The notes below the pieces were generated by a model, which had not been told where the DNA came from, did no database searches, and worked only from the letters and a program-made list of their open reading frames with translations. A program made the translations under genes and the position numbers. This document shows, one piece after another, positions 54,846 to 64,000 of a stretch of DNA of 64,000 nt (positions are counted from its first letter, which is position 1; the number at the start of each line of letters is the position of its first letter). The stretch comes from Schizochytrium sp. TIO01. Lineage: Eukaryota > Protista > Bigyra: Labyrinthulomycetes. The stretch is from NCBI GenBank assembly GCA_004764695.1, contig SMSO01000032.1, forward strand, positions 4,434,483 to 4,498,482, given 5' to 3'.

Positions 54846-54878
54846 TCGCATCGCATTGCATCGCATCGCATCGCATCG
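54846..54878. repeat. (TCGCA)n pentanucleotide microsatellite
   Basis: tcgcatcgcattgcatcgcatcgcatcgcatcg. Confidence 0.85.
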
Positions 54879-55404
54879 AGTAGGTAGGCAGTAGTAGTAG
54901 TGGTGGCTAACTAGTAGTGGTGGCTAACTAGGTAGGTAGATGGGCGGAAACAAAGAACCGAAAGAAGAAGGAGGCGAGTCCAAGCAACTTGAGAATGAAT
55001 GCATCGGCAAAAGGCACCACAACCGGAGACAGAAGGATGTGCATGAATGACTGAGTGGGTGGTAGAGCGAGCGAGCGAGGACTTGAGGGCTGCCCTAACA
55101 ATGAGAGGTACCTGGGAAACCATAAGTTCATAACATCCATCACATTCCTCACAGTCATTAACTGAAGAAGCGAAGAGCTTGAAGTGAAGAATAAGAGACC
55201 TAGGAAATTATTAAATAACAACTTGAAGCAAAACAAACACTGATCTATCTTGTTATGACCTGAGGTTGACCGTGGTCTCTCTCTGTCAGCGTCGTTTCTC
55301 TCTCTAGAGATGGCATTGAGTAAGAGCTTGAAGAAAGGAGGAACTTCTTTATATATATATATATACCTATGATATTGTTTGTGTATTGCGGTCGAGGGAG
55401 AATT

Positions 55405-55417
55405 AGAAAGAAAGAAA

Positions 55418-55454
<37 letters not shown>

Positions 55455-55457
55455 AAA
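55405..55457. repeat. (GAAA)n microsatellite
   Basis: Directly visible tract. Confidence 0.9.
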
Positions 55458-55671
55458 CTGTTCTTCCCCCCTGTACTAACTGAATAAGGGTAGAACCTAC
55501 CTAGCTAGGTTCTTCTAGCTAGTACCTAGGCATCAAACAGAAAAAACAGAACTTGAGGAAAATTCCTTGGAAAGGAAAGAGAGACAGACAGTGCAGACTA
55601 TTTGCACACACACAGTATCTAACTTGAACAGAACTAGCTATGCCTCATTCACAAGTCAAAGGCAATGAGCT

Positions 55672-55937
55672 AAAATCTTTCAAGTTGGGTTAAAAATCAA
55701 GCCAAAACAAATATGTCTTTCTTTTCCTGTCTCTAGTGACTGCTTCTGGAGATCGAAGACCTTCAAGTTGAACAAGCTTTTTGGCACTCTCGCCCGTCAG
55801 AGGCTGCCCCTTTCAATCTTTTCTCACTTGAATAAAGACTAATGCAAGCGTATACCCACCATACGAGATTTCATCTCATGCGGAAGTGATAGCAATCCTC
55901 TGACTTGGGTAAAAACCCAAGTCAAAACAATCACTCA
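55672..55937 (-). repeat. Two minus-strand copies of the dispersed ~45-bp hairpin element
   Basis: Copies at 55672-55712 and 55894-55937. The second contains a perfect 10-bp inverted repeat TGACTTGGGT-AAAA-ACCCAAGTCA (55901-55924). Confidence 0.75.
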
Positions 55938-57341
55938 CAATCATGGAAATAATAGAAACCATATGAGCGGCAAACATATCTACCAAGGATCAAATTGTAG
56001 ATAGCTAACTACGATGTAGTGCTTAAACTTCAAGATACCAAGTTAAGATCATGCTGAGGCAATGAGAGATCCAGGTGTGTGAAAGAAAGAGATCTTCGAA
56101 GCTGTGTACATACCCTATCAAAGGCTGACGAAAGGATTAAGGAACAGAAACAAAGGTGTGAGTGAAAGGAGAAAAGATCATGAAGAACGCAAAAAATCAT
56201 CAAATCAGAGCAGTGAAAAGAAAGCTCTCTCAGCTTCGAGACTTTTAGATTTTTAAGTCACCAAGTGTTACTCGCCTTCAAGAAATTCCGCAGAAGGAGA
56301 CTTGTCTTCTTTAAGTTCTAATTTAAACATATTAATTCAAAAAATAGCAGACAAATTTCGGCTGCAATTAACTTTGCAAGTTGGTGACTTATGCAATATA
56401 TCTCAGTGGAATTATTCGCGCAATAAATAGTTGATGTAAGAGGCATAGAAAGTCAAGGTTAGATAGTCTGCATCCGCAAACTTAAACTTTCTCTGAAGTA
56501 CGTTCTTCAGCTTGAGCTTAATTTAAGTAAAAGTAGTTATAGAAGTGACCTAAATTCCGGGAAGCTTAAAATGGAATTTTGGCGCAGTCAGGTATATACT
56601 TTATGCATTTCAGTGCATTTTAACTGCATGTCCTTTCTCCTCTCTACTGCTACCGGTGAACAAAGCAAAGACTTTATGAGCCTTTTAATTATACAATAGG
56701 TTGTAGCGAATGCCACAAAGGAATATGCAAATGCTGCGAATCTACAAATTGGTAACGGTAGATAATAAGATTGGGAGTGTTGAATATGTATACGTGGCCG
56801 TCCGACGTTTCATGTATTTTCGTGGGATGTAAAATAATGCGTCGAGGTCCAAGTCTATCGAATAAAACGTTTATAATGGGTTCAATCCGTAAACTTTGTC
56901 TCATGTAAAAAATCTTAGACTAGTGTCATTTGGACGAGATCATTTCGCCGATTGATTCAGATACTTCTTCATTATCTCGGAATCTACGAGTGTTTCATGC
57001 GGAGAATACTCCATTTAAAGTAGTATGTTCAGGTATCTCTGATCCATATTTTTGCAGATAAGTATAATTTAAGCGAGGCGTATGAAACCTCAGAATCTTG
57101 AATATCGAAAATGATCGCGTACTACTACTGACGCTTACTCTGCAAGTTTTCGAAATGGTTATCGAAATGGCCATGGCTACAGTTCCATCCTTGAATCCGA
57201 TATGGATCCTGCTCATTCTCTATCAAAACTCAGCTGCTCGTCCGGCCTCTTAGCTTCAAAAGTGAACCCTGTCAACAATGAACCCATTGAGATAATCTCA
57301 CCTATCCAATGTTAACATGTTTTGACAATTGAAAGCACAGA

Positions 57342-57385
57342 AGTAATCGTTCTGGCTTGAGTCTTTACCGGAGTTAAAAGATTTT
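57342..57385 (+). repeat. Copy of dispersed ~45-bp hairpin element
   Basis: AGTAATCGTTCTGGCTTGAGTCTTTACCGGAGTTAAAAGATTTT. Confidence 0.65.
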
Positions 57386-57634
57386 AACGAGTTAACTATA
57401 ACTAGTGCTATATTGGTATTACTTTAAAAATAAAATTAAAAATGTTTACAGTTAAAGTGTCGGACTAAGCATCAGAAGTTGCGAGCTCTAATCCCAGATT
57501 GCACAGCCACGAAGAGGACAACAGACCTACCCCACCTGTATCCACTTGTTTTGATAGCCGCAACAAGCTCGACAAGCTGATACCTTGTACTGTTCTGCCT
57601 CTCTTCGGGTGAGAAAGGCTTTAAACCAACAGTG

Positions 57635-58484
57635 ATGCCTAGCCAAATGACGCGAGTCCTGATAACACACGCAACAGGTTTTGTGGTACGTTATCAAAGT
57701 GGTCCATGCAACACACGAACTTGCTTCTTAGAACTGTAACTGACATAAATCATAAGCGCGGGACCTATTCTCGCGTTTCTGGTGTCGATTAAACCAGGGT
57801 CACCCGGTAGCAGTTGCACTTCAGCAGAATATCCCAGGTTGCAAACTATTTTGCCAAGATCCTAAATTTGAAGATCTTGAGACTCGAAGCAAGTTTGAGA
57901 GAGGGCTCAGACCATCGGCAATTGAATTTCTACCGTATGCAGACGTTCAGGATATAGCTGCAGCGGTGGACTTTGATGTAGATGTGTTGATTCACAATAC
58001 CGCATACCCAGCTATCAAGCGAAAATTTGCAGAGATACCAACCCAAGAGTTTACACAGACTCTTGAAGCGTTAACAGTATTTCCTTTTGAGCTAACGAGA
58101 GAACTTCTCCCTGCCATGCGCAAAAGGAAAGCAGGAAAAATCATTTTCGTTACTAGCGCTACAGTATTTCGTGGACTTCCTAACTACGCCTCCTACGTAA
58201 TTGCGCGCGGGGCGACCAACACAATGGCACTCACCCTTGCTCAAGAGGTTGGATCCGACAATATATGTGTGAATGCTGTCTGCCCAAATTTTGTGGAGAG
58301 CGAAACTTATTTTCCCAAGCATCTTCGTGATGACCCCAATATCTACGCCAAAATGATTAAGCCAATTCCGCTTCAGCGTCTTGCAAAGCCTCACGAGCCT
58401 GCTGAACTCATTGCTTTTCTTGCATCTCCAAAGGCTGATTTTATCACTGGCGCAATTCTTCCATTTGCAGGGGGGTGGGCATGA
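57635..58484 (+). CDS. hheA: Halohydrin (haloalcohol) dehalogenase, HheA-like SDR-fold enzyme; 2 exons (57635-57685, 57798-58484), 245 aa
   Basis: Splicing GTG|GTACGT...AAACCAG|GGT (112-nt phase-0 intron) gives MPSQMTRVLITHATGFVGHP..., which is the T-X4-F-X-G motif. The catalytic S-X12-Y-X3-R motif is SATVFRGLPNYASYVIAR (58155-58208). Also PNFVESETYFP and C-terminal FAGGWA. Confidence 0.88.
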
Positions 58485-58867
58485 TCAACAGATCATTTTA
58501 ATAATGGTTTTTTTGTGCGTTTTTTTAATGTTTGCAAAATTTGTTAACGGCGACCTTTGATGAAGTTGGATTCTCGCAGGCTTAAAAGATGCACTTTTCC
58601 CGACTCAGAAATGAGTAGATGAAAAAAGAGTAAATATCAAATCTATTTTTGACTTTATCTTGGACTGCTCCCCTACTCTGGTCTCAAAGTCGTGAAGTAC
58701 TTTAGTTATAAGAAATTAATTTGTTCGATTAAATAGAAAGTCAATTCTCAAGTAACTTATTAGGTAAGGGCAAATCACTCAATGTATGACTTCATTTTCT
58801 AATCGCATGAAGCTAAATACGGAGCTTTAGTAAAATATAAAGGGTCTTCAGAAACTTGTCAAATATT

Positions 58868-60109
58868 TCACACTTCAAATGGGGTGGACCCGCTCCGCAT
58901 TGCTCCAAATCGAGATCGGGCCGTGCTAAAGCTCAGCTGGGTATGAGAAGAGCCCCCCCGAGATGCGTTGTCAGTCGAGCTGAGCAAATCTGTTGTAGGG
59001 CTTGATTTCGTTTGTTGAATAGATTGCTGAGTTGCTTCATCATTGAGCAAGCACATTTGCAAAGAACATGCAGACAACGAAATTAGGCCGAGTGCTGCAA
59101 TATGCGTGTATGTAACCGGTTTGGGGAATATTAGCACGCTAATCCCAAACGTGATACATTTCCGAATTGTCACAACAATTGTGGCACTTGTCGACCCAAA
59201 CTCTTGAGCAAGTTTGAGAACTTGGCGCTGTCCAAATGAGCTTATCAGTAACACAATTATTTGTTCATAAAGAAGCCGCCTTGGAGCAGCCACAAAGAAA
59301 GCTACACCCTTATGAAAGTCTCCCGATACAGCTACACCAATTAGAAGAAGGCACAACGTGATAATATTTGTGTAAAATATTAGCTCGTCTCGGACCATGA
59401 GTGCAGATATATCTGGACTCTGTCGCCTCATAGGTAGGCTTGAGAACTGTTCTTGAGCACGACGTCGCAATCGGCGGTATAATTGAGCGCAGCACGCCGC
59501 AGCCTTAATCGAACGTCCTTGCAAGACTGACTCTTGTACAATTGCATGAACAGAAATACAGACCATTGAAATAAATGTCATAGTAAAACCCCACATTGAC
59601 CTAATCACAGCTTCTACTGCAACATCTGATGAACGTGTCTCCCCAAGCTGTTCCCTAGTGCCCGCATTTCCGTCTAAAGCAATTTGTTCTGACGGCCCAG
59701 CACTTGTTCCAAGATCTGAAACTAATTGAGACGAATGCGAGGACGACCCCAAATCAGCTTGTGATAAAAGATAAAGACCCGTAACAAGAACTGCGCAATA
59801 AAAGTAAGCCTGATATGAATAACGTCGTCCAACAAGGAGCGCACTTGCGGCCATAACGAAAGCTACTTTAGAAGCCATAAAGAGCTGAACAGTATTGTAA
59901 GCAATCAAGAACGTGGAGTAGTTGTTCAGAACTTGGAATAGAACCACTGCGACACTCGATACAAAATATTCCCACCGGTAGCGAGCAAGGAAGGAATGCA
60001 GGTAATATACAAGTAGTGCCTGTCGCGTTTGAGCCAGGGGTTGGTCGCCTTTCGCGTTGAATAGTGGCATATACTGAGACACTGGTTGCTGTTGCTGCTC
60101 TCCACCCTG

Positions 60110-60140
<31 letters not shown>

Positions 60141-60544
60141 TCCTGCTGCTGCTTCTGCTTCTGATGCTGCTGTTGAGACATTGAAATACTCGCCAATAGC
60201 AGCTGGCTGCTCACATTCAAGAGACCCATAAACCAGCTGACATTTACATTCGCTCGGTTCATTGAGAGACTTATATCCTCTGCAAAGACTGCTTGAAGCA
60301 AGAACAAGAGTATGATCTGTACAGCCTGCACCCAGAACGTCCGTAGTAAAGTCAGGCGAGCAGATTGACGTAGACTGCTGTGTTGATAACCTCCAAGGCT
60401 ATCTACACCATTGACCACAACGCCAGCACTGCTGCCCCCATCTTGAGCGAGCTTGGACTTTGCAAGTTTAGTACTCTTGAACCTCCATACGATCCCATGA
60501 AGAGATTGCAAAACCTCACGCGCACGTGTCCTTATCGCGCGCAT
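58868..60544 (-). CDS. Nucleotide-sugar/PAPS transporter, UAA (SLC35B-like) family, with poly-Gln insertion
   Basis: About 10 TM helices; LNNYSTFLIAYNTVQLFMASKVAFVM, GRRYSYQAY, AIVQE, LAQEFGSTSATIVVTIRKCITFGISVLIFPKP. Poly-Q tract at ~60086-60175. Confidence 0.85.
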
Positions 60545-61116
60545 CCATCCCTCTGACGCGTAGCTGGACGTTTTGGCTTTACTTGATTGCCTCGTTTAGT
60601 TTTCTCCAACTCTATAGAAGTACCTCTGCCACCCCGTGCAGCTTTGCACCCGAGCTTTCGTGCCTCTACGCCTCCACGATGACACTGAGGATGAATGTTT
60701 TGGCGAAGAGGAGGCGTGAGTGAGTCTTTTATTTTTGCTGATACTGTTACCTCATCTAAATCCGATTTTCCGTTCTCACTGTCTCTTTTTGTCCCGCCTT
60801 TTGAAATTTTCAGAATACTTCATTCAGGCTTATCTTACTCCCACTATCTACCTATCTGTCTTTCTCGATGAGCTTGCCAACAATACCTTTCCTCAAATGG
60901 TTTCCTCTAATGTCGGAGGTCATATTCTTGAACTAAATGATCCCCTGGTAAGCAAACAATTTCGCTGATAAGAAACACCTTCTCCATGTTGCCGCTTTTG
61001 GTTTGTGATTTTCTCACGCTATATCTGGTATCTATCTACCTACTACTACCTAGCAATTCGATATTGGAAAGAGATATCATGATCGATGCCTCTTCATTAG
61101 TCAGAGGTAGTCAGTT

Positions 61117-61157
61117 AAAGCCTTTTAAAGAACTCAGGCCAAAACAATCACTGATGA
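61117..61157 (-). repeat. Partial copy of dispersed ~45-bp element
   Basis: The minus strand reads TCATCAGTGATTGTTTTGGCCTGAGTTCTTTAAAAGGCTTT. Confidence 0.55.
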
Positions 61158-61734
61158 TGTAATGAATGGGAGATCCTAGGGTACATATGTTTCCTTTTGT
61201 AGCATTTCTTTCTTTCTTATTTATTTATTTTTACTCTCTAGACAGTATTCAAAAGTTTGCTAGTGAATTAGTAAATATATATATGTATTTTTATTTATTT
61301 TTAACTACTTAACTTACTCAAGTTATGTTCGTGAAAATAGAGACCAGCAACTACTTAATATAGCATATACTCTAATTATTGTTAGAAGAACAAAACAGAA
61401 AACAAAACTATGTGCCCATGACCAAATTGCTTTTCCAGTGTGGCTCAAGATCCTGGTTTTTGCAAAAGGCAAATACTGCAAGCAGTGTTGATGAAGCACA
61501 GCTGTTCGACTAGCCTCGATTGTGCCCAAAAGGATTCCAAACACAAGGTTTCGGTTCGCTATATCTGGTGCTGGAAAGCGAAAACAACAGTGATCATACA
61601 CCGAGGATTTGCTGTTGCTGCTCGAACTCAATAGCCTGCACTTTGAATATAGATTGCGCAGGGGGGAGTAGCATATTCTACTTTAGAGTACATCAGAGTG
61701 AAATCTAATCCGAAGCTTACTTAGTTAGGATACC

Positions 61735-62385
61735 ATGTCTTCGAATAACTCCCAGCAACAACAGCAGGAACAACTAGCAAAAGAAAATTCAGGAAACCCT
61801 ATCCTTGTTAGTCACCGACAAAAGAAGAACACCGTGCTCAAATTTATCGAGAATGTACCTTACAAATTTGTTGATGCTGCTGCGGACTTCATTCTAGGAG
61901 AATCTACCTGCGCACTATACCTCAGTATGCGGTATCATCTGCTGCACCCAGACTACCTTTATTCTCGCATCTCAGAGGTGAAACGGGATTTTCGCCTTCG
62001 TGTTGTGCTATGTGTTGTTGACATTCAGAATTGTCAAACTCCTCTTATGCTACTCACCTCGCTCGCATCAGCTAATGATTTTACTGTGATCCTTTGTTGG
62101 AGTCAACAAGAATGTGCTCGCTATCTTGAAACATACAAGATCTATGAACGGAAAGCGCCAAAAGCAATTCAAGAGCGCATTGACGCAGGTTACCTACCCA
62201 AACTCGAGGACGCACTGACCGTTATACGGTCCGTAAACCGCACAGATGTGAAGGTCTTGTCATCAAATTTTGGGCCTCTCCGCAACATTATGTGCTCCTC
62301 TATGGAGGAATTATCTTTATGTCAAGGAATTGGAGACAAGAAGCTGCGTCGATTATATGCCACGTTTAACGACCCTTTCCTGTAA
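61735..62385 (+). CDS. ERCC1: DNA excision repair protein ERCC1/Rad10
   Basis: ILVSHRQKKN, DFILG..CALYLSMRYHLLHPDYL, LRVVLCVVD, WSQQECARYLETYK, HhH region LTVIRSVNRTD...LSLCQGIGDKKLRRL..FNDPF. Confidence 0.96.
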   Translation: MSSNNSQQQQQEQLAKENSGNPILVSHRQKKNTVLKFIENVPYKFVDAAADFILGESTCALYLSMRYHLLHPDYLYSRISEVKRDFRLRVVLCVVDIQNCQTPLMLLTSLASANDFTVILCWSQQECARYLETYKIYERKAPKAIQERIDAGYLPKLEDALTVIRSVNRTDVKVLSSNFGPLRNIMCSSMEELSLCQGIGDKKLRRLYATFNDPFL

Positions 62386-62940
62386 TCAAAGTTGCTTTTC
62401 TTTGAATAAGTTCAGACAATTGGTCTTCCCAAGCATTTTGACGAAACTGACGGGACAATTGAAATATTATAATATATAGGTCAGTTAACCTTTGGGAACG
62501 AAGCTGCGCACGTTTCCATCTAGCTACACCAATAGCAGCAATAGTTTTTCATAGTAAAATCACGCCAATTTATAGTTTGGGACAGAGTCATTATACCTGG
62601 AACATATATGTGCTATAGCATGTTATAGAGCTAAAAAATTTCCAATTTCCTCTTCCTACCTAAATCACTTCGCAGGATGTGAGGTTTTACACCTTTAAAA
62701 TCCATAAGAGGTGGGCAAGCTAAACTTTCTTGCTTTAGTCTCCACTATTCATACAGGCAGTAGAATTTTGTGTGTTTGTACTGGAAGAAGTGTTCGTCCC
62801 ATTTGGGAAAGCAATGACGAAGATGATAAGTGTAGATCAACAAATTGGGATGGGGGGAAATGGAGTTATATTAGCCATGGGCTGCACGGCATTTCGTGCG
62901 AACTATATAGCAAGAACCTGCAAATCATGCATAAATTAGC

Positions 62941-64000
62941 TTACCCGAGGAGTTCTTCCAAGCCTGCCCGGAAACGAGTAACAGCCTTATCAATCTCCTC
63001 TTGTGCAGCAGCGTAGGAGAAGCGAACTCCGTACGACGCGCCAAAAGCATCACCAGGAGGGAGCGCAACGCCGTGATCCTGAATAAGGTAGCTGCAAAGG
63101 TCTGTCGTTGTATTGATTACGCGGCCACTGCGAGACTTTAGGCCCTTGGACAAATAGAACGACACATCTGGAAAGACGTAGAAGGCACCACGAGGTACGG
63201 GGCAGACAACATGCGGAATCTCGCGCAGAGCATTTACAATGCTGTCGCGTTTTACTCGAAGCTGATCGTACAGAGGTGTAAGCATCTCCTCGGGGACCTT
63301 CTCCAATGCTGCAATACCAGCAAACTGGGAGATAGATGAGGCACTCGAGTTCAACTGAGACTGCAACTTCAGCGCGGCTGAACTAATCCGGGCATCCGGA
63401 CTAGCTAAGTAGGCCAGGCGGAATCCAGTCATAGCATAGCCCTTCGAAAAGCCGTTCACGATCATTGTTCTCTCATACATGCCAGGCAGGGATGCAAACG
63501 AGACGTGTTCCAAGCCATCATAAGTGAGCCTCTCGTAAATCTCATCCGAGAGAATCAAAACATGTGCATATCGAGGTTCACGAAGCACTGCGGCCAAGGC
63601 CTCAAGCTCGTCCTTGGAGTAGGTGCAACCAGTTGGGTTACACGGATTGCAAAAAATCAGCACGCGAGTTTGAGGTGTGAGAGCATCGCGAAGTTGGTCA
63701 GGGGTGAGAATGTAATCATTACCCGGCTCTCGGTCGACAATGACAGGCTTTGCGCCACTCAAACGGACAATCTCGGGGTACGAAACCCAGTAAGGAGCTG
63801 GGATAACAACCTCGTCACCTTCTTCGCAAAGAGCCATGATCGCGCAGAAGATTGCTTGCTTTCCGCCATGAGTGATGAGAATGTCCTTGGAAGGGTTGTA
63901 CTGGACATTCTTGCGCTTTGCATAATCGTTACATACAGCCTGCTTCAATTCATGCCAGCCGCCCACAGGAGTGTAGCGAGTCTTGCCTGTATGAGCTGCT
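62941..64000 (-). CDS. Class I/II PLP aminotransferase (bacterial-type aspartate aminotransferase subgroup Ib), 5' end outside window
   Basis: TRYTPVGG, GGKQAIF, VVIPAPYWVSYPE, CNPCNPTG, LSDEIYE, NGFSKGYAMTGFRL (PLP Lys), PRGAFYVF, VRFSYA. The frame stays open to the window edge. Confidence 0.93.
   Translation of the reverse strand, partial: AAHTGKTRYTPVGGWHELKQAVCNDYAKRKNVQYNPSKDILITHGGKQAIFCAIMALCEEGDEVVIPAPYWVSYPEIVRLSGAKPVIVDREPGNDYILTPDQLRDALTPQTRVLIFCNPCNPTGCTYSKDELEALAAVLREPRYAHVLILSDEIYERLTYDGLEHVSFASLPGMYERTMIVNGFSKGYAMTGFRLAYLASPDARISSAALKLQSQLNSSASSISQFAGIAALEKVPEEMLTPLYDQLRVKRDSIVNALREIPHVVCPVPRGAFYVFPDVSFYLSKGLKSRSGRVINTTTDLCSYLIQDHGVALPPGDAFGASYGVRFSYAAAQEEIDKAVTRFRAGLEELLG

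Noticed and set aside
56689-57216. Short ORFs possibly representing decayed transposon or viral fragments (also 14744-15060 and 50850-51435)
   Set aside because: No transposase, RT, integrase or capsid motifs and no terminal repeats are recognisable by eye; it would take a tBLASTx search to revive this.
57635-58484. Bacterial contamination as the source of the dehalogenase gene
   Set aside because: It contains a canonical spliceosomal intron and is flanked by the host dispersed repeat and by eukaryotic genes (SLC35-type transporter, ERCC1).

Overview
Eukaryotic nuclear DNA with few introns, AT-rich intergenic spacers and many TAGG/CAAA/GAAA microsatellites. This overall style suggests a stramenopile protist such as a thraustochytrid, which is inference only. 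About 16 protein-coding loci are present: an NBR1-like autophagy receptor, O-acetylhomoserine sulfhydrylase (MET17), a membrane-anchored TKL kinase, an acyl-CoA dehydrogenase, a tandem cytochrome b5-like (MAPR) protein, a ~4,800-aa SPRY/UBA/MIB-HERC2/HECT E3 ligase, a cNMP-cNMP-CaMKK-like kinase continuing into a PP2C phosphatase, GRWD1/Rrb1, a hot-dog-fold thioesterase, a UAA-family nucleotide-sugar transporter, ERCC1, a 5'-truncated class I aminotransferase and several hypotheticals. There is also an intron-containing tRNA-Thr(UGU). Highlights: (1) an intron-containing gene with both diagnostic motifs of bacterial halohydrin dehalogenases; (2) an orphan tail-anchored protein with an N-terminal LIR and a BNIP3/NIX-like SH...GxxxG transmembrane helix, a candidate non-animal mitophagy receptor; (3) a cyclic-nucleotide-sensing CaMKK-PP2C kinase/phosphatase fusion; (4) two +1 frame breaks in neighbouring genes that sit on textbook +1 slippage motifs (UUU_CGA and CUU_UGA_C) but could simply be homopolymer assembly errors; (5) a ~45-bp hairpin-containing element dispersed about 10 times in intergenic DNA.
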